From an uncultured archaeon (GTDB lineage: Archaea > Thermoproteota > Nitrososphaeria > JACIWG01), in NCBI GenBank assembly GCA_938034445.1, contig CALHLD010000026.1, positions 562-64,561 of the forward strand: a stretch of DNA of 64,000 nucleotides. Direction: 5' to 3'. Position 1 is the first letter of the stretch, and the number at the start of each line of letters is the position of its first letter. The position numbers and the translations under genes were made by a program. Positions 47,865 to 58,542 of the stretch are shown piece after piece. The notes under the pieces were generated by a model that was not told the DNA's origin, made no database searches, and saw only the letters and a list, made by a program, of their open reading frames with translations.

Positions 47865-49082
47865 TTAGCCCCATATGGAAAGCAGGTATGGTTTAAGTTT
47901 CATAAAAGTTAATGCCTCATTGTTTACTTTTTCTTCCGCCTCCTCATCTGACATGTCTAAGCTTTCTTTAACATATGTTGCAACACGCCCTAGCCAACAT
48001 ATTCTATATGCGTCCAAAACATCTTCTCTTAGATTTTGTGAACAGTACTTAAAATATCTTAGAAAATTGAATGAGATCTTAGCCCAATCTTCAACCTTTA
48101 TTCTAAGTTCTTTAACACAATTGCCTAATAGTTCAAAAATTTGTTCTGGTAATACGCTTTTTAACATCTCTCTTTTCTCATTAAAACCGTTCACGAAAGT
48201 TTCTTCCATAGCCTTAATGTTTACATTAAAAGGTTGAGGCCTTGTTTCCTCGATTTTTCCCTTAAAAATTTTAGGCTCAAAAACATGTACAATATTTTTC
48301 CAAATATTCTCATAGAGGTATGCATTATAGAAGAGTGCTCCAACAACCTGTTTAAACATTGGACCAAGATGTGCTGCTGGATCCTTTACGTCATGAACCT
48401 TCACACCCAAGTATGCCTCTCCAACATTCATATTGTTAGCTAAAGCTGTAAATGTTATAGTTATATCTATTCCAAATCTTGGCACAGACTCTGTATTCCA
48501 TAATGGTGTTTTAAGCAAAAGTTGTATAAGTTCTTTTGAAAGTCCAAAGTCACCACCAATAGGCTGCCTAATCTTGTATCCAAATAGTGTAAGAGTAAAT
48601 GGGTATGCTATTTGATTTGTTATGGTTCCATCATACTTGTACCTAGAATATCTTGGTGCAACAAACTGTACTCCCTCAAAGATTGGCTGTATAAGGAGTC
48701 TTATCCATTCTGAAGTAACACTTCTTAAGTCTGCGTCTAAAAATGCTAAAGCTTTACAGTTTAATTTTTCAGCAATTTGAAGAATTAGTTTTATTGCTGA
48801 ACCTTTTCCAGGTATCCCAGTATATGTTGTCACAATTCTATCAACATTTTTCGGTAAACTAACGCTTTCCGCTATTTCTCTTGTTTTATCTGTAGAATTT
48901 CCATCAGAGACAACAATAATCCCCCTCATTTTTGGAAAATTTTCTTCTAATCCATTTGCAGCCTGTTTGATGACATATTCTATTGTTTGAGCGTTATTGA
49001 AGGAAGGTATTCCAACTAAAATATCTACTTCACCATCTTTCGAAAAAATCTTATGCATTTCATTCAACCTATTCTCTACCAT
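47865..49082 (-). CDS. GT81/GT2-type glycosyltransferase of the glucosyl-/mannosyl-3-phosphoglycerate synthase family
   Basis: 405 aa. PGKGSA, FLDADL, GGDFGLSKELIQ and PRFGIDITI follow the remembered GpgS pattern (GKG, DxD, GGRVTE, QPLGGE, GYGVEIG). Confidence 0.65.
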   Translation of the reverse strand: MVENRLNEMHKIFSKDGEVDILVGIPSFNNAQTIEYVIKQAANGLEENFPKMRGIIVVSDGNSTDKTREIAESVSLPKNVDRIVTTYTGIPGKGSAIKLILQIAEKLNCKALAFLDADLRSVTSEWIRLLIQPIFEGVQFVAPRYSRYKYDGTITNQIAYPFTLTLFGYKIRQPIGGDFGLSKELIQLLLKTPLWNTESVPRFGIDITITFTALANNMNVGEAYLGVKVHDVKDPAAHLGPMFKQVVGALFYNAYLYENIWKNIVHVFEPKIFKGKIEETRPQPFNVNIKAMEETFVNGFNEKREMLKSVLPEQIFELLGNCVKELRIKVEDWAKISFNFLRYFKYCSQNLREDVLDAYRICWLGRVATYVKESLDMSDEEAEEKVNNEALTFMKLKPYLLSIWG

Positions 49083-49150
49083 ATTATACTAGTTTTCTCC
49101 ACTCATCTTTAAAAATATTAATTAAGGCATATTACAAAATTTTTTATGCA

Positions 49151-50305
49151 ATGTCTTTGAAGGTTGCAATTGTTAGATCTACCTTAAATAGGGGTTCAGG
49201 GCAAGTTGTTCATATTAGGGAAATATCTAAAAGGTTAATTGAAAAAGGCTATTATGTTGAATTGTTTTGTAGGGAATCTTTTGTCAGTTTAAAAGATGTT
49301 AAAGTAAACTGTGTTCCTGACCCTTTAAAAAATGTACCATTCCTCCGCCACTTTACATTCGCTTCATCTATAGTTAGGTGTACTAAAGGTTTTGACATAA
49401 TCCATACTCACTATCATCCTGGAATATTTGGAGGAATTTTTTCACACACATTTAATGATACTCCTCATGTATTCACTTTCCACGGCTTTGCTCCGATTAC
49501 ACGTTGGACGAATGTTAGGCAAATGGTAAAGATGCTTGACCATAGGATTGGGACATTTTTTGCTTTAAGATGGGGTGTGGATCATATACTTACTGTAAGT
49601 GAATACTTAAAGAGGGTGCTGGTGAAAAAATATCTTATCCCCCCCGAAATGGTTACCGTATGCTATAATGGTGTAGATTTTAAAAGATTTAGTCCGAAAG
49701 TGGATGGTGACAATTTTAGGGAAAGGTATAAACTAAAGGATAAGAAAGTAGTACTGTTCTTTGGTAGGCTGGTCCCATACAAGGGTGCACAATTTATTAT
49801 TAGAGCTGCACCTTTAATAGTAAAGGAGGTGCCGGAATGCTATTTTATCGTAGCCGGCGCCTCCAGACATGATAGGTTACAAATAGATAAGATGTTGAAT
49901 GTTTCAAAGTTGAAGAAGAGATTCATTTTCACTGGATTTGTTCCAGATGAAGAGGTTCCATTATTGTATGCATCATGCGACGTCTTCTCTTTCCCTAGTC
50001 TTTGGGAAGGCTTTGGAATGCCATTGGCTGAAGCTCAGGCTGTTGGAAAACCTGTTGTAGCATTTAATACTTGCGCGATCCCCGAGGTAGTGGAGAACCG
50101 TCGCTCGGGACTACTTGTTCCCCCGAATGATTGGAGGGCATTGGCCAATGCGATCATCTATCTTTTAAAGAATACTGATGTTGCATCAAGAATGGGGGAA
50201 TACGGTTACAACAGAGTAAGAAAAATATTCACTTGGGACATTGTTACAGAAAAGGTTGAAGAAGCATATAAGAAGGCCATAATACACCATAGCGTACAAT
50301 GCTGA
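49151..50305 (+). CDS. GT4 (group 1) glycosyltransferase
   Basis: 384 aa. C-terminal EGFGMPLAEAQAVGKPVVAF (E-x7-E motif). Confidence 0.8.
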   Translation: MSLKVAIVRSTLNRGSGQVVHIREISKRLIEKGYYVELFCRESFVSLKDVKVNCVPDPLKNVPFLRHFTFASSIVRCTKGFDIIHTHYHPGIFGGIFSHTFNDTPHVFTFHGFAPITRWTNVRQMVKMLDHRIGTFFALRWGVDHILTVSEYLKRVLVKKYLIPPEMVTVCYNGVDFKRFSPKVDGDNFRERYKLKDKKVVLFFGRLVPYKGAQFIIRAAPLIVKEVPECYFIVAGASRHDRLQIDKMLNVSKLKKRFIFTGFVPDEEVPLLYASCDVFSFPSLWEGFGMPLAEAQAVGKPVVAFNTCAIPEVVENRRSGLLVPPNDWRALANAIIYLLKNTDVASRMGEYGYNRVRKIFTWDIVTEKVEEAYKKAIIHHSVQC

Positions 50306-50955
50306 ATGCAATATTTGTCTTTGATATGGATGGTACCCTTTTATCTAGAAGGACTGTTGACGTACTTTGCACTCTTTTCAATTTGAATGAAAGGCTAAAA
50401 TTAATTGATAAAGTGAGTTTAACATTACCTGCTTACCGTATTGAAGAGATGATTGCAAAATTGTTTAAGGGAAAAAATGTTAATGATATGCTGTCCGCAT
50501 TTGATTCTATTCCATTAAATGATGGTGTCGAAGAATTTATCAGTAAAGTTAGGGCTCATGGTTGTGCAACTGCCATCGCGACTGACTCTTACACTTTTCT
50601 AGCAAAAAAATTAGCTAGCAGGCTTAAAATTGACTTTGTATACGGCCTTGATGTTAAAATTAGGGACAACATTTTTAGTGGAAAAATATTATCCGAGTAC
50701 AAGTGTCTAGAAATATCTTTATGCAGAAGATATTATGTTTGCAAATTGTGGTTTATTAGAGAATTAAAGAAAAAGCACGTGTGCCCAATAGTATCTATTG
50801 GTGACGGTGAAAGCGATTATTGCATGAGCACTGGAGCAGACTACCCAATTGCTGTTAACGCTAAAAGCGAAAAGCTAAAGGAAGTCTGTAAACTTAATGT
50901 TAAAAGTTTTAAAGACCTTCTAAAATTTGATATAAACACATTTATATCAAGATAA
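50299..50955 (+). CDS. HAD-family phosphatase (SerB/HAD-IB-like)
   Basis: 218 aa. VFDMDGTLL motif I. GDGESD motif IV-like. Start overlaps the GT4 stop. Confidence 0.7.
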   Translation: MLNAIFVFDMDGTLLSRRTVDVLCTLFNLNERLKLIDKVSLTLPAYRIEEMIAKLFKGKNVNDMLSAFDSIPLNDGVEEFISKVRAHGCATAIATDSYTFLAKKLASRLKIDFVYGLDVKIRDNIFSGKILSEYKCLEISLCRRYYVCKLWFIRELKKKHVCPIVSIGDGESDYCMSTGADYPIAVNAKSEKLKEVCKLNVKSFKDLLKFDINTFISR

Positions 50956-50971
50956 TATAAGATATACTTGT

Positions 50972-52387
50972 ATGAATTCAAAAAGAATTGATTTTTCTTC
51001 TATAAAGAATGTGAGATTAGAAAAAAGTATTGATTTAAAGTTAAATTCTATGATCACAGATGAAATAGGCATACATAGGCCTATCTCAATCTCTGTTGTT
51101 ATTCCAACAAAAATCGATGCAGGTAAAAAGACTAGAAGAAAAGAACTTGAAACTTTAACCAAGATACTGGAAGAATGTAGTAGGCTAGCGGACCTAGGTT
51201 ATATTGATGAAATTATTGTTGTTGATGCATCAATATATGAAAATGGTAAGCCTGACTACAGTATACTAACAAAGGTAATTAAAACAGCATACTTGCATTT
51301 AAAACTATTTAGGAGAGAGGTCGATCTTGTTGCATCGTCAAGGGCTGAAAGTTTGCATGCAAGTAAAGGATTTTTTAACTTTTTTGTGAAGGTTGTTCAC
51401 CAGTTTGATCCGCTAATTGCAAAACTTTTAGAGACTAAAGGAGTTTTAACAAAATTGAACATTGAACGTATGCCCTCAGGTAAAGGTGCCGCATTATGGC
51501 TTTCTGTCCCCTTATGTAGTGGTGACATCATATGCTTTATTGACTCCGATATAATGAATTTTAAAAAAGAGATGATTATCTCACTCTGTAATCCATTGAT
51601 AAAATCAATCAGTAATAACTCTTATTTCAAAAAATTATTTTCTAAAGCATTTTATAAAAGATTAACTTTAAGATACGAGTCTGAGTCGAAGGAATTTGTG
51701 TTTGGTGGTAGAGTCACAAGACTTTTCATTAAACCAATGCTTAAAATTCTATCAAGCAATTACCCTGACATATTCAGAGAATTTGATAAAATGAACTATC
51801 CTCTTTCAGGAGAAAATGCTATATTTAAGGAAGTTCTTGAAAATTTGTATTTCCCATGTGATTATAGTATTGAATTGTCCATTCTTTACCAAATTATTAA
51901 AAAGTACGGTATCAATTCGATAATGCAAGTTGACCTTGACCTATTCTATCATATTGGTCAATCTGTGAAAGGATTACATAATATGGTTTCACAACTTTCT
52001 GTCTACCTACTTAAATTGTTAGAAGAAAATGGAATAATTTTATCTGAGGACAGTTTGAATGTTTTAGTTAATGAATATAAAAATGAATGTAGAAAGTGGA
52101 TTAAAAAGTATAAAAGGTTATTTTATAGAGAACTTCAACCGTTAAGCAAAGAACTCAGAGCACCAATCCATTATAGTGAGTCTACAGAAAGAGAAAGGGT
52201 TGAAATCTTTTCTTCAATATTCTTTGAGGCAGTAAAAAGTAGGGATTATGAAAGTAAGATTCTTCCAGCATGGAAAGAGTTCATGAACCAAAGTGAGTAT
52301 ACCCTGTTAAGCTCATTACTTAAATATAGGGCTAATCAGTTTACATACGACCGTCTTTTAAAGGTCGGTCTTGTTCGGAAACCATGA
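50972..52387 (+). CDS. second GT81-like glycosyltransferase paralog (GpgS/MpgS-like core with ~120-aa C-terminal extension)
   Basis: 471 aa. SGKGAALW, FIDSDIM, GGRVTRLFIKP and PLSGENA parallel the motifs in the 47865-49082 protein. Confidence 0.55.
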   Translation: MNSKRIDFSSIKNVRLEKSIDLKLNSMITDEIGIHRPISISVVIPTKIDAGKKTRRKELETLTKILEECSRLADLGYIDEIIVVDASIYENGKPDYSILTKVIKTAYLHLKLFRREVDLVASSRAESLHASKGFFNFFVKVVHQFDPLIAKLLETKGVLTKLNIERMPSGKGAALWLSVPLCSGDIICFIDSDIMNFKKEMIISLCNPLIKSISNNSYFKKLFSKAFYKRLTLRYESESKEFVFGGRVTRLFIKPMLKILSSNYPDIFREFDKMNYPLSGENAIFKEVLENLYFPCDYSIELSILYQIIKKYGINSIMQVDLDLFYHIGQSVKGLHNMVSQLSVYLLKLLEENGIILSEDSLNVLVNEYKNECRKWIKKYKRLFYRELQPLSKELRAPIHYSESTERERVEIFSSIFFEAVKSRDYESKILPAWKEFMNQSEYTLLSSLLKYRANQFTYDRLLKVGLVRKP

Positions 52388-52405
52388 TTTATACATTCTT
52401 GTCCA

Positions 52406-53701
52406 CTATAGTAATGGTAAAAGTCTTCTACTAAGGATTGTTTCCCAACTAAATCTCTTCATAACATTGTTGAAATTAGAGTCTACGACATCGGCTACAA
52501 CTTCCTTATATATTCTGTAAGCAATATTATAGGGGCTTTCGTGGAGGTCGAACATGAACCCATCTATGCCTTCGCGGATAAGCTCCTGAAAAGGCGGTAT
52601 TCTTGAACAGAAAATCATTTTTCTTGCAGCACCCGCCTCTATCACAGGTAATCCAAATCCTTCTTCAATGCTTGGAATAAATACGATATCCGATATAGCG
52701 TAAGCGTCTCCAATACTCCATTTAATAATTTTCTCGCCCCTTCTAACTCTATCATGTGAGATTATATCGTGACAGAAGATCACATTATCCTCTAATCCCC
52801 TTCTTTTTATGATATGCTCAAGATACTCCATATACTTCATTCCCATTGTTATGGCTTGGTGATCTGGGGGGCCTGTTATTAGAACTTTAACAACCCTGTC
52901 CCCTATTAGCCTTTTCAACTCATCAGCAACATAGAGGGCGAGTTCAATATTCTTCCTAGGTGTCACTCTAACGGGAATCAACATGACAAGGTCTGTGAAG
53001 GAAATATCTAGCCTTCTCATTAAATCGAGGGTGATTTTATCTATCTTTAAATAGTCTTCAACGTGAACACCGTTTGGGATCACATGTATTTTTCCAAAAA
53101 GGTGCGAGTTAGACAACTGTTCTAGCTGACTTGCTCTAAAATGGCTTACGGTTACATAAGTTATGTTCCTATTTCTATGAAGAAGACATGTTAGGGGGAA
53201 GCGTCCTATTTTATCCTTCCATTCCTCTCTTAATATGGCTATATCGTGAATCCAGTAAATGAACTTGATGTCCAATTCTTCAGTTAACTCATTAATGGCG
53301 GCGGTTGCAGCAAAATTAAAAGGCATTGAAGGAATATTATGCACTATACATGTATCTAAATTTTCTAAAACTGGTTTAAGTTGCTGTTTAATCTGATTTT
53401 TCACGTCCAAAAACTCCTCAGTCTCTTCCTCCTTTTTTAATATATCCCTCTGTATTTCAAGAATTTTTTGACTCTTTGGAGAAAGTAATGGTATACTATG
53501 TTCAATAATATTTTCTCTATCGAATCCGCCTCCAGTGCCGTAAATCAAATGTACATGGTAACCACGATTTGATAAAAATTCTGTTTGTGCAGCGATCGCT
53601 ATTTCGACTCCACCTGTTTCAGAAGGTGGTGCAGTGTAATGAATTATACCCACATGTTTGTTTCTCTTAAAGTTATTTTTGTTTAAAGACTTTTTTTCCA
53701 T
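52406..53701 (-). CDS. GT4 (group 1) glycosyltransferase
   Basis: 431 aa. EEGFGLPVIEAGAARKMIFCS motif. Confidence 0.75.
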   Translation of the reverse strand: MEKKSLNKNNFKRNKHVGIIHYTAPPSETGGVEIAIAAQTEFLSNRGYHVHLIYGTGGGFDRENIIEHSIPLLSPKSQKILEIQRDILKKEEETEEFLDVKNQIKQQLKPVLENLDTCIVHNIPSMPFNFAATAAINELTEELDIKFIYWIHDIAILREEWKDKIGRFPLTCLLHRNRNITYVTVSHFRASQLEQLSNSHLFGKIHVIPNGVHVEDYLKIDKITLDLMRRLDISFTDLVMLIPVRVTPRKNIELALYVADELKRLIGDRVVKVLITGPPDHQAITMGMKYMEYLEHIIKRRGLEDNVIFCHDIISHDRVRRGEKIIKWSIGDAYAISDIVFIPSIEEGFGLPVIEAGAARKMIFCSRIPPFQELIREGIDGFMFDLHESPYNIAYRIYKEVVADVVDSNFNNVMKRFSWETILSRRLLPLL

Positions 53702-53807
53702 GATGCAATCATTCTCTATTCTCTGATGTATTTTTAAATTTTATAGACTTCATCAGAAGTATAAGTAAAACCATATAAAATGTCTTATAATAAGTAATTG
53801 GGATAGT

Positions 53808-54797
53808 ATGAGTAAAGGTGGGAATCTTACTCTTAAGAAAAAAATACAAAGCTTAAAGCATAGCAGTCTAAAAATCGTGTCATATTTAATCGTTCTAATT
53901 GTAATTTTGGTAATATTAAACTATTTTTTCGGATGGTCGACTTATGAAGACATACCTGAAAATTTAAAGCAATATAGTACTGTAATCCTTTTCATTAACC
54001 CTTATATTTCATACATTCATGCAGCACTTGTTTTTGGTTTTGGATATTTAATTACAAACACTTTAAGTGGTGCGATTTATCGTTACTTTATTAAATTAAC
54101 TGATCATCCTACCGCCTCTACATTTAGGACTTTAACGAAAATCGTCGGAATAGGGGTGCTTCTTACAGTTGTGGCTTCAATATTAAATGTTAACCCAGCA
54201 ACTGCATTAACTATAGGCTCATTTGGTGGATTAGTTGTAGGATTTGCAACACAAACAGTTTTATCCCACCTTATAGCTGGAATCTTCATATTAATTACTA
54301 GGCCGTTCACATTCGGAGATGTTGTAACCATTTCTGGGCAGACAGGTATTGTGAAGGAGATGAGATTAATGCATCTTGTGCTAGAGTCATTAGATGGTTC
54401 AGCTGAAATTTTAATACCGTGTGGAACTGTTATTTCGCAGATTCTTCTAAAGAAGAAACCTCCAATGCAAGTTAAACCATTAAAGACGATATTAATTTTA
54501 GAAGAGCCCCCAAAAAGTGTTAAAACTGGAACAATAGTTACAATAAAAGGCAAGCTTGTTGAAGCTGAAAGTGGAAAACCCATCCCAAACGTACCGATCA
54601 AAATTTTTGGTGAAGACTTGGGTGGAGATGATCTGCTTGCAACAGAAAATACTGACGAAAAAGGCGTCTTCACTATAAAATGGGAAGCCAAAACAACAGA
54701 CCTTTTAGACAATACTGTGGAACTCTATGCAAAATTTGAGGGAAACGAAGATTATCGCCAATCAAAGAGTGAAGTTTATGTGCTTGAAATTGTTTAG
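53808..54797 (+). CDS. MscS-family small-conductance mechanosensitive channel
   Basis: 329 aa. ILITRPFTFGDVVTISGQTGIVKEMRLMHLVLESLDG is the MscS pore-proximal/beta-domain signature. Three TM segments upstream. Confidence 0.8.
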   Translation: MSKGGNLTLKKKIQSLKHSSLKIVSYLIVLIVILVILNYFFGWSTYEDIPENLKQYSTVILFINPYISYIHAALVFGFGYLITNTLSGAIYRYFIKLTDHPTASTFRTLTKIVGIGVLLTVVASILNVNPATALTIGSFGGLVVGFATQTVLSHLIAGIFILITRPFTFGDVVTISGQTGIVKEMRLMHLVLESLDGSAEILIPCGTVISQILLKKKPPMQVKPLKTILILEEPPKSVKTGTIVTIKGKLVEAESGKPIPNVPIKIFGEDLGGDDLLATENTDEKGVFTIKWEAKTTDLLDNTVELYAKFEGNEDYRQSKSEVYVLEIV

Positions 54798-54964
54798 CAG
54801 TTATAATATATTAGTTTAAGCTATTCTAAGTTTACCATAAACATATCTTTAGTCATAATTGAAAAAATAAGTTTAAGATAAACTTATTATATGATAAACT
54901 CATTAGGTGGGGGGCTCAAATTATTTAAGTTTAAATAATGCAAATCTAATGACTGATACTTGAA

Positions 54965-56050
54965 ATGAGTACAGATTTTTTCTCAAAAAAGTTATCTCCT
55001 GTTGAAGTGAATAAGCCAACTTCAATTTGGCAACTTTTGGAGAAAATGTCCCGAACAGCCTATCAAGGACGTAAGCTGGCTGAAGCAGCTTATGTAATTG
55101 ATAAAATGATAAGGGATGATGATACAACTATAATTCTTGGTTTAGCTGGTTCCATGTCTACTGCTGGCCAGTGGAAGATCATAAACTGGTTTATTGAAAA
55201 TAATCTCATTGACATTTTAGTTTCTACGGGAGCTAATATTTCAGAAGACATTATCGAAGCTATGGGTTTCAGCTACTATCAAGGCACTCATCTTGTGGAC
55301 GACGAAGAATTGTTTAAGGTTGGATTAAATAGATATTACGATGTATATGGACGAGAAGACGATTATCTGAAAATGACTGAACTTATAGCATCATTCATTA
55401 AAACCTTAAACCCAAACTACAAATATTCTTCAAGAGAATTTCTTTATCTTTTTGGAAAATTTTTGCTTAGAAGGAAAATAAACAGTATAGTGGCTTTAGC
55501 GGCAAAAAAGAAGGTTCCAATATTTTGTCCTGCAATAGTGGACAGTGCGTATGGCGATGCCTTTTTGATGGTGGAATCTGAGGGTCTCCATTTCACCATT
55601 GATATGGTAAAAGATTATGTGGAATTTATGAAGTTGGCTGAAAAAGTTAAGGAAACAGGTGTTATATATATTGGTGGTGGTGTTCCAAAAGATTTTATAC
55701 AACTTTTTGCTGTTTCACCTGATCTACTTTATAAGGACAAGGTAATACATGGTAGGAAAAAGGAGCCAGTGCACTGTAAGGTGACAGACGAAAGCTATTA
55801 CCCGCACAAATACGCTGTACAGATCACCACCGACTCCCCTCAATGGGGTGGTTTATCTGGTTGCACTTTTGAGGAAGCAATCTCATGGGGTAAAGAATGT
55901 AGGAGTGGCTACCATGTCCAATGCTACTGTGATGCGACCATCGCCCTGCCAATAATCTCTCACGCTATTTGCGAAAAACTTGACTTCAAACGAAAGCCCA
56001 GTCAATTTCGTTTAGAAAAAAGCTTCTGGCAAATTAGGGATCTTTTTTAA
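54965..56050 (+). CDS. dys: deoxyhypusine synthase (or DHS-like homospermidine-synthase-type enzyme)
   Basis: 361 aa. Rossmann-like GLAGSMSTAG. NAD-binding VSTGANISEDI. Overall DHS architecture. Confidence 0.7.
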   Translation: MSTDFFSKKLSPVEVNKPTSIWQLLEKMSRTAYQGRKLAEAAYVIDKMIRDDDTTIILGLAGSMSTAGQWKIINWFIENNLIDILVSTGANISEDIIEAMGFSYYQGTHLVDDEELFKVGLNRYYDVYGREDDYLKMTELIASFIKTLNPNYKYSSREFLYLFGKFLLRRKINSIVALAAKKKVPIFCPAIVDSAYGDAFLMVESEGLHFTIDMVKDYVEFMKLAEKVKETGVIYIGGGVPKDFIQLFAVSPDLLYKDKVIHGRKKEPVHCKVTDESYYPHKYAVQITTDSPQWGGLSGCTFEEAISWGKECRSGYHVQCYCDATIALPIISHAICEKLDFKRKPSQFRLEKSFWQIRDLF

Positions 56051-56066
56051 TAATTAATTCTTTAAA

Positions 56067-57164
56067 TTATGGCCTTTCAGCTAATGTTAGTGAAATATTA
56101 ACTATCTTTCCATCCCTAATAACAGTTATGACCACCTTATCCCCTGGAGAATACTTGTAGGCCATAAGGTAGTTTAGGTCAGGGTCTTTCTTAATCGGGT
56201 AATTATCAATAGCTATGATAACATCTTTTGTTTTTAAACCACTTCTTTCTGCAGGAGAATTTCTTACTATTTGTGTGATTATAAATCCAGAGGTAATATC
56301 TTTGGGCAACCCATAGGATGATGCAATTATTGGATCCAAGTACTCGCCATAAATTCCAATATATGGATGCTTGTAAAATCCCTTCGCTATAAGTTCTGGT
56401 ACAATTCTCTTAACTATTGTTGATGGTACAGCGAAACCAACTCCTTCTGCAACAGACTTTTCTATTCCAGCCGTTGCGACGCCAACGACTTCCCCCCTCG
56501 AATTTATTAATGGCCCTCCAGAGTTTCCCGGGTTTATTGCAGCATCTGTCTGAAGCATTGGAACATATGTTATTCCTGTTCTATTAACTTGGCTTACAAT
56601 TCCAGACGTAATACTTCCTGTTAATCCGAATGGGCTTCCTATTGCATATACTGGCTCCCCAATTTTTATTGTTTCAGCAAGCTTTAATGGTGGATACTTT
56701 TCAGGCAATTCCGCCTTTAATACTGCTAAATCCGCATATGAGTCTTTTCCAATAAGTTTTGCCTCAAACATCTCGTTATCGTATGTCATGATTATAAAAT
56801 ATGTTCCCCCTTCAACGACATGTTCATTTGTTATAACATGTCCTTCATTATCATATATGAATCCAGAACCTAAAGCCAGTTGTTGATAATTTTTATCGTA
56901 TACTGTTACTTGTACAACACTTGGTGATGCAAGCTGGAATATTATTGATGCATCATTGCTTACATTACCAACATTATATATGACTGTAACTGTCTTTGTA
57001 TATGATGGGACAGTGGATGTAACTGTAATAGTTTTTGTTTCAATTGACGCTGTACTCGATTGTAGATATGCTGCATACCCAAAGATTATTGGCAACAATA
57101 TGGCTACACCTAATATTACAACTAAAGCCAATATTATTACTCCAACAATTTTTGAAGACATCAC
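56067..57164 (-). CDS. HtrA/DegP-family serine protease with PDZ domain and N-terminal TM
   Basis: 365 aa. TNEHVV (His). DLAVLK (Asp). GNSGGPLIN (Ser). C-terminal PDZ. Confidence 0.8.
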   Translation of the reverse strand: MMSSKIVGVIILALVVILGVAILLPIIFGYAAYLQSSTASIETKTITVTSTVPSYTKTVTVIYNVGNVSNDASIIFQLASPSVVQVTVYDKNYQQLALGSGFIYDNEGHVITNEHVVEGGTYFIIMTYDNEMFEAKLIGKDSYADLAVLKAELPEKYPPLKLAETIKIGEPVYAIGSPFGLTGSITSGIVSQVNRTGITYVPMLQTDAAINPGNSGGPLINSRGEVVGVATAGIEKSVAEGVGFAVPSTIVKRIVPELIAKGFYKHPYIGIYGEYLDPIIASSYGLPKDITSGFIITQIVRNSPAERSGLKTKDVIIAIDNYPIKKDPDLNYLMAYKYSPGDKVVITVIRDGKIVNISLTLAERP

Positions 57165-57226
57165 TGCAGAATTTTACTCAAATTTGTGTTAATAAACTTT
57201 GCTTAATTAAGTTAATCTTTTATCAC

Positions 57227-58486
57227 TTATTCTAATATCTCATTTATCATTCTTCTTCCGGAGGGGATAATCTTATGCGGATATATTTTAGTCGAAATTA
57301 TCTCACATCCTTCACCTAATACTATGTCATCGCCTATTACACTAACTCCAACTATTTTTGTAGGATCATTTAGTGAAGATTTTACTCTAACATGTCTACC
57401 TACTATGCTGTCCCTTATTTCTGCACCATCTTCTATCATCGCCCTATCCATTATTGCTGAACGTTCTATAACCACATTTTTGCCAACAATACAGTAATTA
57501 TCGATGCAAGCATCCCGTATAATTGTTCCTTCTCCAATGCTACAATGTCTTCCAATTAAAGCTGAACCCTCTACAGTTATCTTGCCACTTCTTATCTTCT
57601 CTAAAATTTCTTCTCTTCTCTTTAATGCCTCAGGACTATGGCCTTGTATCCAAACATTTGATTCATCTGATATTCTGCCCTCAATATCTAAACCTCTTGC
57701 ACCACTATGTAGGATTCGAAGCATTGCGTTTAAGTATCTTTGTGGTGTTCCAACATCATGCCATTCTCCCTTAAGAATGTATCCGTAAACTGGTGCTTTA
57801 GAATTTACCAAATATGGTATTAGGTCTAAACCGAAATCTAGTCTTCTATTTTTTTCAAGCATTTCCTTCACCTTAGGCTCATTAAACACTTTTTTAATTT
57901 CTGGGCTCAAAAGGTATATTCCAGTATTAGCAAGATTTGATGGTGCCTCCTCTTTTTTTGGTTTCTCAACAAATCTTTGTATTCTAAAATCTTTATCCAT
58001 CCCAACAACCCCATAATCTTCTACATTTTCTACATGCACAAGGCCGATTGTCATCAAAGCATTTCTTTCTTTATGAAACATTAGAAAATCAGCAACATCT
58101 ATGTCAAATATATTATCACCCTGAACTCCAACAACAGGAGAATCTATTTCATAATATTCCATATTTATTCTTACCGAGTCAGCGCTACCAAAATCTTCCC
58201 TATTGGGTTGATATTTGATGTGAATTCGGGGGTTTATACCATATTTTGCAGACAAGCCAACTCCATCTTGAAAATAGTCATAGAGTGCTCTGTAATTTAC
58301 ATAGCCTTTAACGCCAAAAATAAAGTGTCTAACACCCTGTCTCGCCAACTTTACTATAGCTATCTCAACCAATGGCCTATTCAACAATCTGACAAGCGCC
58401 TTAGAAACTTCGCAGGTTAATGGTTTAAGACGCTTAGCTTCCCCGCCAACAGGAATTATAACCCTCAAATTATCAACTTCACCCAT
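57227..58486 (-). CDS. sugar-1-phosphate nucleotidyltransferase with C-terminal left-handed beta-helix
   Basis: 419 aa. IIPVGGEAKRLKPLT. C-terminal hexapeptide repeats (IIRDACIDNYCIVGKNVVIE...). Confidence 0.8.
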   Translation of the reverse strand: MGEVDNLRVIIPVGGEAKRLKPLTCEVSKALVRLLNRPLVEIAIVKLARQGVRHFIFGVKGYVNYRALYDYFQDGVGLSAKYGINPRIHIKYQPNREDFGSADSVRINMEYYEIDSPVVGVQGDNIFDIDVADFLMFHKERNALMTIGLVHVENVEDYGVVGMDKDFRIQRFVEKPKKEEAPSNLANTGIYLLSPEIKKVFNEPKVKEMLEKNRRLDFGLDLIPYLVNSKAPVYGYILKGEWHDVGTPQRYLNAMLRILHSGARGLDIEGRISDESNVWIQGHSPEALKRREEILEKIRSGKITVEGSALIGRHCSIGEGTIIRDACIDNYCIVGKNVVIERSAIMDRAMIEDGAEIRDSIVGRHVRVKSSLNDPTKIVGVSVIGDDIVLGEGCEIISTKIYPHKIIPSGRRMINEILE

Positions 58487-58542
58487 ATATCATCAAAATT
58501 TTTATCTTATTTTAAAGTTATAAACTTTTCATAGAAACGTCT

